Part shown: positions 14,401 through 26,971 of the stretch, piece by piece | Numbering within the stretch: position 1 is the stretch's first letter | Layout of the letters: the number at the start of each line of letters is the position of its first letter | Origin: the human T2T-CHM13v2.0 reference genome, Homo sapiens | Direction: 5' to 3' (one strand) | Assembly (NCBI RefSeq): GCF_009914755.1 | Contig: NC_060937.1 | DNA: 64,000 nucleotides | The notes under the pieces: model-generated | Seen by the model: the letters and a program-made list of their open reading frames with translations, nothing else | Databases searched by the model: none | Told to the model about the DNA's origin: nothing | Made by a program: the position numbers and the translations under genes

Positions 14401-17400
14401 GTTTGAACAACATTGGCATTAGTTCTTTAAATGTTTGGTAAAATTCATCAATGAAGCCATCAGATACTGGGCTTTTCTTTAGTGGGACACTTTATTATGG
14501 CTTCAATCTGGTTACTTGTTATTCATCTAGTCCAGATTTAGATTTCTTCATGGTTCAATCTTGGTGGTTGCATATGTCTAGGTATTTAACCATTTCGTCT
14601 AGGTTTTTCCAATTTATTGGCATATACTTGTTCATAGTAGCCTCTAATGAACCTTTGAATTTCTGTGGTAACAATTGTAGTTTCTCCTTTTCAGCTGTGA
14701 TTTTATTTATTTGTGTCTTCTCTCTCTCTTTTTGGTTAGTCTGGCTAAGAGTTTGTTGATTTTGTTTATTTCTGCTCTGGTCTTTGTCATTACTTTTCTT
14801 CTATTAATTTTGGGTTTGGTTTGCTCTTGCTTTTCTAGTTCTTTAAGATGCATCATTGCATTGTTTCTTTGAAATTTTCCTACTCTTTTGATGTAGGTGC
14901 TTATAGCTATAAACTTTTATCTTAGTATAGCTTTCACTGTATCCCATAGGTTTGGTATCTTTTATTCCCATTATCATTTGTTTCAAGAAATTTTTACATT
15001 TTCTTTTTAATTTCTTCACTCGCCCACTGGTCCCTCAGAGACATATTGTTTAATTTCCATGTATTTTGATTGTTTCTAAAGTTCTTCTTGTTATTGATTT
15101 CTAGTTTTATTCCACTGTGGTCAGAGAAAATACTTGAGATATTTGCAAGTTTTTGAATTTTTTAAGATTTGTTTTGTGGCCTAACAAATAGTCTTCCTTG
15201 AGAATGATTCATATGCTGAGGAGAAGAATGTGTATTCTGCAGCTATTTGATGAAATGTTCTGTAAATATCTATAAGGTTCATTTGGTTTATGGTGCAGGT
15301 TAAGTCTGGTGTTTCTTTTTTGATTTTCTTCCTGAATAATCTGTCTAATGCTGAAACCTGAAGTCTCCAACTATTATTGCATTGGGGTCTATCTCTCTCT
15401 TTAGCTCTAATAATATTGGCTTTATATATCTTTGTGCTCCAGTGTCGGGTGCATGTATCTTTACAATTATTATACCCTTTATGCTGAATTGACCCCTTTA
15501 TCATTATATAATGACCTTCTTTGTTTCTTTTCATACTTTTTGTCTTGAAATCGATTTTGTCTGATGTAAGTATAGCTACTACTGCTCTTTTTTGGTTTCT
15601 GTTGGTATGAAACATCTTTGTCCATCCCTTTATTTTCAAGCTATCTGTGTCTTTATAGGTGAAGTGTGTTTCTTGTAGGCAACAGATTTTGGGGTCCTTT
15701 TTTCATAAATAAGCTAAATAGCAAAGAGAAAAATAAATTAAAAACTCTACACTTTAACGTCATCCTCCCACTTGTTAACTTTTTATTGTTTCTATTTATA
15801 TCTTATTTTACTGTCTGAGTCTTTAAAAGTTGTCATATGTATTATCTTTTATCAGTTTATTTTCATTCATACTACTTAAGATATGAGTCATTTACACATC
15901 ACACTTACAGTGTTACAGTCATATGTTTTTCTTTATATTTACTATTACCAGTGAGTTTTGTATATTCAGATAATTTTTATTGCTCATTAATGTCCTTTTC
16001 TTTCAGATTGAATAACTCTCTTTAGCATTTCTTATAGGACAGGTTTGATGTTGTTGAAATCCCTCAGCTTTTGTTTCTTTTTCTGGGAAAGTCTTTATTT
16101 CTCCTCCATGTTTGAAGAAAATTTTTTACTGAATATACTACTCTAAGGTAAAAGTTTTTGTATTTCTTCAGCACTTTAGACATATCATGCCACTATTTCA
16201 GAGCCTGTAAGATTTCCATTGAAAACTCTGCTGCCAGACATATTGGACTGCATTTTATGTTACTTCTTTCTTTTCTCTTGCTGCTTTTAGCAAGGTCTTT
16301 ATCCTTGACCTTTGGAAGTTTGATTATTAAATGTCTTGATGTAGTCTTAATTGGGTTAAATCTGTTTGGTGTTCCATAAGTTTATTGTACTTAAATATTG
16401 ATATCTTTGTATGGTTCAGGATGTTCTCTATTAATATCATTTTGAATAAACTTCTACCCTGATCTCTCTCTATTTTCTCTTTAAGGATAATAACTCTTAG
16501 ATTTTCCCTGTTGAGAATATTTTCTAGATCTTTTAGGTTTGCTTCATTTTTTTATTCTTTTTTCTTTTGTCTCCTCTGACCATGTAATTTAAAATACACA
16601 GTCTTCAAGCTCAATATTCATTCTTCTGATTGATCACTTCTGCTGTGAAGAGATTCTAATGCATTCTTCGGTAGGTCAATTGCATTTCCCATCTACAGAA
16701 TTTTTCCTTGACTCTTTTTAATTATTTGAATATATTTGTTAAATTTATTTGATAGGATTCTGGATTCTTTTCTTGTGTTATCTTGAATTTCATTGAGTTT
16801 CATAAAAAGAGGTGTTTTTGAATTTTCTGTTTGAAAGTTCACATTTTGCTGTCTCTCCAGGGTTGGTCACTGGTTTCTTATCTAGTTCATTTGGTGAGAT
16901 CATATTTTCATGGATGTTTTTCATGCTTTTGGATGTTCATTTGTGTCTGTGTATTGAAGAGTTAGGTATTTATTGTAGTCTTCACAGTCTGGGCTTGTTT
17001 GTACCCATCCTTCTTGGGAAGGCTTTTTACATATTCGAAAGGACTTGGGTGTTGTGGTCTAAGTTTTTGGTAACTGCAACCATATCTGCATTAGGGGGCA
17101 CCCCAAGCCCAGTAATGCTCTGGCTTTTGCAGAATTGTAGAGGTATCACTTTGGTGTTCTTTGATAAGATCTAGAACAATTTTCTGGATTACCTGGAAGA
17201 GACTTGTTCTCTTCTTTTACTTTCTTGCAAACCAATGGATTCTCTCTCTCTTTTTTTTTTTTTTTCTTTTTCTGAGCTGCCTGGAACTAGGAAAGGAATG
17301 ACCCAAGCAACCCTCTGGCCACCACCACTGGAACTGCACTGGGTAAGACCTGAAGCCAGCAAAGTACTGAGTCTTATCCAAGGTCCCAATAGCAACTGCC

Positions 17401-18965
17401 TGGCTACTGCCCACGTTTGCTCAAAGCTCTAGAACTCTACAATCAGGAAGTGGCAAAGCTAGCCAGGATTGTATCCTTCCCTTCAGGGCAGTGAGCTTCC
17501 CCTGGTCCCTAGCAGGTCCAGAGTTGCTATCTGGGAACCAGAACCTGGAGTAGAAAACCTCAGGAATCTACCTGGTGTTCTATTTTTCCATAGCTGAGCT
17601 GGCACCCAAGTCACAAGACAAACTCCTTCCCACTCTTTCCTCCCCTTTCCACAAGCAGGGGAATCTCTTCTTATGGCGACCACTTCCCTAGGCTTGTGGC
17701 AGTACTGTCTGACTACGGTTGATGTTCATTTAAGGCCCAAGGGCTCTTGAATATCTTGTGGCAGATGCTCCCTTGAGGGCAGTGGGCTCCCCTATGGTCC
17801 AGAAATGCCATCCAAGAGTCAATGCCTGGAACTGGGGACTCCACAAGCTTACTTGGTACTCTACCCCACTGTGGCTGAGCTGGTTCCTAAGCTGCAAGAC
17901 AAAATTCTCCTTACTCTTCCCTGTCCTATTCTCAAATAGAAGGAATCCCTTCCCATAGCCACATAGCTAGTAATGTGCTCGGTTACACCTGAAGCCAGCA
18001 TGTCCCTGAGTCTCACCCAAGGCCCATGGTGAGTACTGCGTGGGTACCACTGCTGATTATTCAGGGCCAAAACCCTCTTTAGTCAGCAGGTATGATCCCT
18101 GTCAGGACTGGGTCTTTCCCTTCAAGGTAGCAGGCTCCCTTCTGGCCTAGGGAGTGTATAGAATTGACATCCAGGAGTTAGGACCTGGAATAGGGACCTC
18201 AAGGCTTGCCTGGTGTTTTATCCTACTGTGGATGAGCTGGTATCCAAGTTGCAAGACAAAGTTTTCTTTACTCTTTCCTCTCCTCAAGTAGAAGGAAGGT
18301 GGCTTTCCAAGAGCTGTGAGCTGTGCTGCCTGGGGTTGGAGGAGGGGTCAAAAAAGCACTTTCTTGGCTGCTCAGGCTGGTGCCTCACTGGGTGATATGA
18401 CCCCAAGCCCACAGGGGTCAAGCCCAGTGCAGCACCAGAACTTGTCCAAGAATTGCAGTCCCTGTGGCTTAGACTGCCTTTCAGGTTTATTTACAATCCC
18501 AAAGCACTTTAGCCCATAGTAGTAGCAAGGCTTACTGAAACTCAGGCTCCAACCACTGCAATCTGCAATTTCCTTCTGGCTATGGTTGGTCTAAAAGCTA
18601 CCTTTGTGCCAGCTGAGTTCTGCTTCATGTTGCTTTCTGCTGTGACAGAGCAGCACTGAGTTGCAAAGCAAGGTCCCACAGTCACTGCGCTTTCTCTCCC
18701 ACAAGGTGCAGACATTCTCTTTGTACCATGTGGCCAATGCCACAGGATGAAGGAGGGGTTGTGTCCACAATTCAAGACTGTCTTTCCTACCGTCTTCAGT
18801 GCCTCTTTCAGTAATACAAAGTTAAAACCAGGCATTGTAATTGCTCATCTGGTTTTTGGTTCTCATGAAGTTGCTTTTCTGTGTGGATAGTTGTTCAGTT
18901 TGGTTTTCCTGAGGGGAGATGATCAGTGGAGGCTTTCATCTGGCCATCTTTCTCTGCCACCTCCC
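11460..18965 (-). mobile_element. Full-length, inactivated L1MA1-3-type LINE-1 (~7.5 kb)
   Basis: L1MA-type 3'UTR at 11460-11900. ORF2 remnants in the ORF track: endonuclease [43 protein letters not shown], and [20 protein letters not shown]1/spacer ~15700-17000; GC-richer 5'UTR ~17000-18965. TSD CAAATCAAATT at 11449-11459 and 18966-18976. Many stops and frameshifts. Confidence 0.92.
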
Positions 18966-18979
18966 CAAATCAAATTCTT

Positions 18980-20660
18980 AAAAATTTTATGCTGTGATTC
19001 TGTAGATTTCCTCCTAGAAATTTTTAACCTTTAGTTTTCATCTTTGGTTCTATGATCAATTTTGAATTTTTTGGTGTATACTATAAATTAAGGGTTTAAT
19101 TTTTAAGTGACTATTCCATTTTTTAAGCACTGTGTCACTTTAACACCATCCTTTCCCTTTTGCATAATCTTATCAACTTTGTTAAAAATCCACTAAACAT
19201 TTACATGTTTGTCTATTTCCATACTATTTGTCTGTTGTTTTCATATTGTGTCAGTTTAGATAATGTGTACGTCTCTAGGAATTTGGCCATTTCATCAAGT
19301 TATCTAATTTGTTCTCGTACAATTGTTGATGCTCTTTTTTAAAAATACTTTTTACTTTTAAGGTAAGTAGTAATGTCCTCACTTTCATTTCTGATTTTAG
19401 TTATTTTTGTTGTTTTCCTTAATCTATGTAGCTAAAGGTTTGTCAATTCTCTTTTATCTTTTAGAAAAACCAGCATTTTGTTTCATCGATTTTCTCTTTT
19501 TTTCTATTCCCTCTTTAAATCATGCTATTTTTTAAAGTTTCCTTTCTTTTGCCATCTTTGGATTTAATTTGTTCCTCTTTTTCTTCCTCTTAAGGTGTAA
19601 AGTTAGCTTACTGATTTGAAAATATTCAATGTGGTGCTCACACTTAGAAATTTTCCTCTGAACATTACTTTTTTGCATCCCAAAGTTTTAGTATGGTATA
19701 TTTTCATTTTCATTTTCATTTATCTCTATGTATTTTCTCATTTCTCTTGTGAGTTTTTCTTTGACCTGTTGGTTGTTTGAGAGTGTGTTCTTTAATTTCC
19801 ATATATTGGTGAATTTTTCAGTTTTCCATTCATTGTTGATAAACTCCCTGAGTTTTGCTGCTTAGAGTTCATTGAGCTTCTTGGATGTATATTGTCGTAT
19901 CTTTCATCAATTTCAAGGGATTTTGGCAACTTTTCTTCAAATATCCTTTATACCCCTTTCTCTGTCTCCTCTCTTTCTGCTGTTCCCACAATATGTATGT
20001 TATTCCATTTGATGATCTCCCACAAGCCTGTTTGGCACTGTTCACCTTTCTTCATTCTTTTTTTTCTGTTCTTGAATCAATAATTTCAATGGGCTTATTC
20101 TCAAGAATTATTTCATTCTTATTCATTGATTCTTTCTTCTACTGGCTCAAATTTTCTGTTGAACCCCTATAGTAAAATTTTTATTTCCATTATTATACCT
20201 TTCAGCCCCATAATTTCTGTTTGGCTTTTCTTTATAATTTCTCTTTATTGAGATTCTAATTTTGTAAATATCTTGTTTTTCTGATTTTCTTTATTTCCTT
20301 ATGCATGTGTTTCTTTAGCTCTTTGAGCACACTTAAAATAGTTGTTTTAAATTTTTGGCCTAGTAAGTCTAATGACTGGACTTCTATAGGAATGAATTTT
20401 GTAAATTTACTTCATTCCTTAGAATAAGGCATAGACTCCCGTTTCTTTGTATGCCTTGTGATTTATTTTGTTTAAAATTGAGCATTTAAATCTTACAATG
20501 TAGCAACTCTGGAACTCAGATTTTCCCTCTTCCTCAGGGTCTGCTACCTGAAAAGTGACCTACCCAAACTATTCCTGTAAAAACTTCATTTCTGATCATG
20601 TAAAGTGTTGACATCTCTTCTGCATAGCTTGTGTTCAGCTAGTGCTTTCACAGAGATGTC
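18980..20660 (-). mobile_element. Older fragmented L1 (L1M/L1MD-like) pieces
   Basis: Decayed antisense ORF2/ORF1 motifs (GCTAAAGGTTTGTCAATT, TTCATCAATTTCAAGGGATTTTGGC); may continue to ~21900 beyond LTR12. Confidence 0.55.
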
Positions 20661-20679
20661 TTTGAAGGCAAGGAGCCAA

Positions 20680-20810
20680 TAGGAAGAAAGGAAGGAAGGA
20701 GAAAGAGAGAAAGAAAAGAAATAGAATGAATGAAAAAGGAAAGAATGAATGAAAAAGGAAAGAAAGAGAAGGGAAGGGAAGGGACACACAAAAAAAGAAA
20801 AAGACAGACA
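20680..20810. repeat. Purine-rich low-complexity tract (GGAA/GAAA/GAAT)
   Basis: Seen directly. Confidence 0.85.
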
Positions 20811-20847
20811 GACCTCTGCCAGTCTTTGCACATTATCTCCATGCTTG

Positions 20848-21577
20848 TGTGTCCAGAATTGGTTCCTTCCGGTGGGTTCTTGGTCTCGCTGACTTTAAGA
20901 ATGAAGCTGCAGACCCTCACAGTAAGTGTTACAATTCTTAAAGATGGTGTGTCCAGAGTTTATTCCTTCTGATGTTCAGATGTGTCTGGAGTTTCTTCCT
21001 TCTGGTGGGTGTGTGGTCTCGCTGACTTCAGGAATGAAGCCGCAGACCTTCGCAGTTAGTGTTGCAGCTCTTAAAGGTGGCGCGTCTGGAGTTGTTTGTT
21101 CCTCCTGGTGGGTTCATGGTCCCGCCTACTTCAGGAGTGAAGCCTCAGACCTTCGCAGTGAGTTTTACAGCTTATAAAGCTAGTGCAGACCCAAAGAGTG
21201 AGCAGCAGCAAGATTTATTATAAAGAACAAAAGAACAAAGCTTCCACAGTGTGGAAGCAGACCCCAGCGGGTTGCTGCTGCTGGCTGGGATGGCCAACAT
21301 TTATTCCCTTATTTGGCCCCTCCCATGCCCTGCTGATTGGTCCATTTTACAGAGTGCTGACTGGTCCGTTTTTACAAAATGCTGATTGGTGCATTTACAA
21401 ACCTTTAGCTACACACAGAGTGCTGATTTGTCCGTTTTTACAGAGTGCTGATTGGTGTGTTTACAAACATTTAGCTAGACACAGAGTGCTGATTGGTGTG
21501 TTTACCATCCTTTAGCTAGACAGAAAAGTTCTCCAAGTCCCCACCCAACCCAGAAGCCCAGCTGGCTTCACCTCTCA
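20848..21577 (-). mobile_element. LTR12-family solo LTR (HERV9/ERV1)
   Basis: Minus strand starts TGAGAGGTGAAGCCAGCTGGGCTTCTGGG and ends GGACACA. Tandem CCAATCAGCA U3 repeats and U5 repeats present. Near-TSD CTTG/CTGG. Confidence 0.93.
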
Positions 21578-22082
21578 CTGGGATACTCCTTCAACAGTTA
21601 GCCTAGCTTGCACTGAGCCTAAATATCAGCCCAACCTGAAAGGTTAAGGTCATCTCAGGTGTTTTCTGAACATGCCTCTTGGCTTTCTAAATTCCCAAGT
21701 GTGCGTGTTGCTTTTGAGAGTTCTAGTTTCTAAAACAAACAAACAACATTTCTTAGCTTTTTCCCACAGGTCTTAGGTGGTCTATTGTTTGTTTTGACTG
21801 TACTTTTCTGCCCCAGTCAACAAAGGATTGTTAGTTTTACTTACAGTATTTTTGAGCAATGACCACTACTGGAGATAAAATCCTGACTTTGCCTTTCACT
21901 ACTCTGAATTTGAGCAATTAGTTTAACTATTGTGTTAAATAAACTTATTTCTAAAACTTTTATTTTTGTTGTTGTTGTTTTCATTTGTTTTCAAAATGTT
22001 TCAGCCGTTTGGGGAAGGCAGCAAACAAGATATCTGCAAACATGTTTGGTCTACTAATATTGGTTATTAATATTATTCCTGT

Positions 22083-22659
22083 TGAGACCAGAAGTCTTCT
22101 CCTCATCGAAGGTTTTTTTCTCAAAGGGTTCGTGATCTCATGGACTTCAAGGAATGAAGCCATGGACCTCAGCGGCGAGTGTTACAGCTCAATTGGAGAA
22201 ATGCGTGCACCCAAAGAGTGTGTGGCAGCAAGATTTATTAAAGTGAAAGTAAAGTGAAAGCGAAAGTAAAGCTTCCACGAGGTGGAAGGAGACCCGGAAA
22301 GGTTGCCGTTTTTGGCTTGGGTGTCTTATGCTTATATCCCCTTATGACCCCTCCTCTTTTCCTTTTTCTATCCTATAGAATTAGCTTATTTTCAATCCGC
22401 TTGTGGGTTGGCAGGCTTGATTGGTTAAAAACATCAGGCTGCAGCTAGAGCTTAAACTCCCTGTATGATTGGTTGAAGTGTCAATCCCTTAGCTTGCAGC
22501 TGTGACTCATTTTGGCTTAGGGGAAGGTCCCCTTTGATTGGTTGAAGTTTCAATCCCTTAGCTTGCAGCTATGACTTATTTTTGGCTTAGGGGAAAGTCC
22601 CCTTAGGGAAGTCCCTATTGACCCAGGAAGTCCAGCCAACTTAGCCACTTAGTCCCTCA
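22083..22659 (-). mobile_element. Solo ERV1 LTR of the HERV9/HERV30/HERV-W-related group (exact family uncertain)
   Basis: TG...CA termini and 4-bp TSD CTGT (22079-22082, 22660-22663). U5 resembles LTR12 (GACTTCAAGGAATGAAGCC, GAGTGTTACAGCTC, GCAGCAAGATTTATT). Several GATTGG boxes. Confidence 0.8.
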
Positions 22660-23170
22660 CTGTTACCGAAACACTGTTTACTGAAACAGCAATCTGTCTG
22701 TTACCGAAACATTGACATTAGCCTTAGGTTACTGAGAAGGTAAATGACAGGAGCTAGTGAGGTTTCTCTTAACTAGGAGAGCAGTGCTTATATATCTTGA
22801 TTTTCCCAGGAGGATCTTAGTTTATATTTATTGTTCCAGCATATAAATGGTGTCCCTTTTCAAATGTTAAAGTATTGTAAATTACATAGATAGTGTCCCT
22901 AGCTGTGATTCTGTGGACATCACACCATACATTGACCTTTCAGAAAGGGAGTGGTTTAGCCAGACAATAAAAGAAGACATCTAGCTTTCATTTTACTCCT
23001 GTCTTCTACCTCAACTATCTCTCTCTTCTTCTTCCTTAATAGCAGAAACTCAATTTTTAGTTGGACATATTGCTATCTAGAACAAAAGACAACAGTTCCT
23101 AATCTCTCTTGGAACTTTGCCAACCAGAGGACTAAATTCTGAAAAATGGTATGTGAGTGTTGGGTGGGAC

Positions 23171-23915
23171 TGTTATGGGTGAGAAATATCTGAGTCTCAC
23201 AGCACCAAATGTGTTACCAGTGCAAGTAGTTGAGTCTTAAGGCACCAAATATGTTACCGATAGTAGGTATCGAGTCACTGGCAGCGAATCCGTATGGATC
23301 TGCAGCAATCTCAATTCTTGCCTCCTCAGAAGAAAGAATTTGACTGAGGGCATAAGGCAGAAAAAGAGACCAAGGCAAGTTTCAGAACAGGAGTGGAAGT
23401 TTATTTTAAAAGGCTTTAGACTAGGAAAGAAAGAAAAGTACGCTTGGACAAGACACAAACAGGCATGTGAAAGTCAGGTGTAATGTTTCGCCTTGATCCT
23501 AGGACTTGATAGGCTGGTCCGTTCCCCATGATTCTTCCCTTATGGTGGGCTTTCCACATGAACAGTGTCCTTACGCTTGGGAGGTAAGTACACACAGTGT
23601 TTAGGAAGTTGTATGCATGCCCATCTGCGGCTTTTTTCCCTTTTCTGGTGGTGTGTCCCAGGAAGGTCCAACTTTGCCATTTTGTCTCTTAATGCACATG
23701 CCCAGTAAGTTGCCTCTCCCTGGAATCTGCATTCATTTAACACTTTAGTGCAACAGGTGTGGACCATCAGGAAATGGTCTCTCCCTGGTGCCAGCTGCCA
23801 ATTTATCACATTTAGAGAGGCGATGTGATAACTGCTGAACCAGCACCCAACATTCCTTGTGGGTTGGGGAGAGCTCTCTCCTGCCCAGCTTATGCCTGTC
23901 TAACTCCCTGTAACA
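23171..23915 (-). mobile_element. MER50-family solo LTR (ERV1, MER4 group)
   Basis: TG...CA termini with TSD GGAC (23167-23170, 23916-23919). Contains CTCAATTCTTGCCTCCTCAGAAGAAAGAATTTGACTGAGGGGCATAAGGCAG. Confidence 0.85.
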
Positions 23916-24002
23916 GGACAACTGGGAAGGTTATTAAGCAAGATGATTCAACTTAGACAAATGAGTATTTTTTAAATGAGCTACCTCCCAGTGGAGCCAC
24001 CT

Positions 24003-24296
24003 TTATTTATTTATTTATTTATTTATTTTTATTTTTATTTTTATTTTTTGAGACAGAGTCTCGCTCTGTCGCCCAGGCTGGAGTGTAGTGGTGTGATCTC
24101 GGCTCACTGCAAGCTTCGCCTCCTGGGTTCACGCCATTCTCCTGCCTCAGCCTCGTGAGTAGCTGGGACTACAGACACCTGCCACTATGCCTGGCTAATT
24201 TTGTGTTTGTATTTTTAGTAGAGATGGGGTTTCACCGTGTTAGCCTGGATGGTCTCGATCTTCTGACCTTGCAATCTGCCTGCCTCGGCCTCCCAA
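24003..24296 (-). mobile_element. 5'-truncated AluY with (TTTA)n tail
   Basis: Stops at ...CTCGGCCTCCCAA, so the first ~37 nt including the A box are missing. Degenerate TSD G(C/T)CACCTT(T)ATTTA. Confidence 0.88.
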
Positions 24297-26052
24297 GTCA
24301 CCTTATTTAATACCTTCCTTCTTGTGGTTTGCCACGTGGACATAATGATCAGAACTGCAGCAGCCCCACTGGCCTTCCAAGTGAACTTAGCAATAAGTTC
24401 ACAGGAATGGTGCAGAATAAAGATAAAGATGTAAGCTTTTGATGGCATTGGAGTCTTTTCTATCAGCCAGGAACTATTTGACATCTCAAAGCGAAAAATA
24501 AATCTACATATTTTTTAAGAATCTACTTTCTAAGTCTCTGTTATTTCCAGACTATCACAATCCTAATGTACATAGAATCTGTTTCATGGGCATGCAATAA
24601 TCCAATATTGGAGCCTAAAATGTGTTCCCAATATTTTAGGCTGAGAACCTGGCAATACATACTTCATTGATAAAAGATTTGGCCAAAATGCTGTCTGCCA
24701 CACTTTGGAAAGCAGACAAAAGGCTGTCAGGAAAGCAGATCAAATACCCTTAAGGGAAAGTGTTAAAAAATAAAATAAAATGTTGTCTGTGCTAGCTGTT
24801 TCTTGTTGCTTTCAACAGAGTTCTAGGAGAGATGAGCTCAACTTTGATCCAGCTTATCTGCAGGCAGAGATGTTAGGGAGGAATTCTCTCTCTCTCTCGT
24901 CTGCAGTGTAAAAGCATTAAATTTGGAGCCTTTCAGAATTAAAAAAAAAAAAAAAAAAGACAAGTGCTCTGCATTCCAAACTGAAACCCTTGTAAGTTTA
25001 CTCCAAAGAAACAGCCTTAGCAGGAGATTAATCACTGGTATTAAAGCTTTTAAAAAGACCTTCCATGAATAGTTCTTTGTCAGACAATGGGAAGCAAGCT
25101 AGAAGCAAATATCATATTAAGTATGTTGTCTTCCCACCCAAGTCTATCCTTTTAAGTGGTCTCAAGGTACAATCAGGCTTAAAAACTACAAGATCTGAAA
25201 GCCAAAAGAAACCACAAGCTTGGACTGCACCTGCCTATTACTGTTGAAATTTTAATAGTACCTGAAACTGCACTGAAATGAATTGGGCTGCAGGATATTT
25301 GGGGGCTTAATTAAGGATGCTTTCTATTGCCCACCTTAGAAATAGCCATGGAGAGCTCAGGAAAAGGAAGAACCTACCCAAAAGGGTGGAGCAAGAGATA
25401 AGAGCAGACAATGGAAGTAGCGCTTCTATAGAGAGCAGAAGTAGGAACAGGTAAGGTAACCAGGGACTCTTATATTACTAGGTTAGGGGGCTTAACTATT
25501 TATGCCCAGCAGAATCTTACTATTATGATGAGCTAATGAGCACAATTTCCTATTTTACATCTGTTCCTGCTGCTCCTTTTCTTCTGCGTGTGTTTCAGAC
25601 AGATAAGTTTTCATTTAGTCTAGTAAGTCCCCAAACAATAAAGAGCTAGAGGTACACCTAATAGAGTGGTCAGCAAACATCCAGTGACCTTACATATTGA
25701 GCTATATGCATACTGGACAAACTTCCTTGCAGCTAGCTATAACAGTGTGACTAAGTTCCAGGCAATAAGTTATATATAGAAGAACAGAGCACTTTAGGAA
25801 AAATACAAACCTGTGGTCACTTTCTCCTTTTCTTAGTTCATTCTAATAACTAAAATGCAATTGGGATGGTGGAAGCTCCATTGGCCATCTTAGATCAGTG
25901 AGAGCCATAGCTAACGGTGGCCAAGCAAAGAGCTGGAAGACAGCAAGGGGCTGCTGTGTCAGCTGTGGACTACTTTTATTAGACTTACTTTATTAGAAAG
26001 AAATGATCTTCTTTTCAGTTAAGTCATTATTATTTACGGCATTTCATGTGCA

Positions 26053-26078
26053 TGTGTGTGTGTGTGTGTGTGTGTGTG
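26053..26078. repeat. (TG)13 microsatellite
   Basis: Seen directly. Confidence 0.95.
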
Positions 26079-26525
26079 TAATGTGGCCAGATCAATCCAT
26101 TCTATATATTATCTTATACAAATAAAAGGGAGAATGGGTTTGATGATAATTTTTGGAGCACATACCCCAAGATTAAAACAAAAAGGGAATGGAGAGACTC
26201 AAATTTACCCTGAGCAGCTATCAGGGTATCAAGAAGCTATCAAGCACTTTTAGTACAATGGCTTTAATTAGGGAAGATTGCCTTGATTATTTCCACACGC
26301 CTCTTATTTTTCTAAAGGCATTTAGTTTACTTAATTGCAAAATATATAGTTGTTGAGTGTGTTCAAATAAGTTTTCCATTTATCTTTTAAATTTTCAAAG
26401 TTTAAAAAGGATACGTAGCTATACTACTTTCTTTTGAAGCGTATTTTCCTATGTCAACCATTTCCTTAGTCTCTTAGAAATTTCTGTAGACGAAACTGCA
26501 ACAAAGTTTTTATATTGCTGTACGT

Positions 26526-26626
26526 TATGGCAAACCATGTGTAATGAATGCTATATGCTTCTGCTCAGATTTCTCACCTCCAGCACCAAGATACTCTTTT
26601 TCCCAACAGCCAGGTCCTTTAGGGAA
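26526..26626 (+). mobile_element. LTR16-type (ERVL) LTR, 5' portion
   Basis: Resembles the LTR16C 5' end and appears to resume at 28459. The match is from memory of the consensus. Confidence 0.45.
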
Positions 26627-26971
26627 GGGGGCTAGGGCACAGTGGAAAGGGCTGGTGAGGGCCTTCTTGGAGTCTGCTCAGCAGCACTGAGCAAAAAGAA
26701 TCAGCTTATTTTTATTTCCCAATTCTTTTCCTCCTTCCAATATTGCTATGTAGGGATAGGATTTTAGACAGGGCAGCTGTAAGAGCGACAGAATTCTGAT
26801 GAATTCTGGGCTTTGAGGATGGAAGTCAGTGGTCTATATACCTGGTTGCACCCATTCATATATCTGTTCATCCATTTTCTTTCTTCATTTACCAATTGCT
26901 CATTCACTTCTAATCTATGCTGGGCCCTTTGGTGGCTTCTGGAGACATCTGAGTAAATTCCAAAGGCCCAC

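Larger units (their letters stand above)
22985..26110 (+). mobile_element. Decayed MLT1J-like MaLR element (LTR, internal remnant, partial LTR), interrupted by MER50 and an Alu
   Basis: MLT1-like LTR halves flank the MER50 and Alu and end AATCCTAATGTACA (~24572). A second LTR-like block lies at ~25720-26110. Confidence 0.5.

Noticed and set aside
11910-15639. L1 ORF2-like ORFs as an active reverse transcriptase/endonuclease system
   Set aside because: Fragmented by many stops and frameshifts; a dead LINE-1, not a retron-like or novel RT system.
21332-21520. Regularly spaced direct repeats resembling a CRISPR-like array (also 30617-30900 and 23190-23280)
   Set aside because: These are internal U3/U5 repeats of LTR12, MER11 and MER50. 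There are no unique spacers, no cas genes, and the context is eukaryotic.
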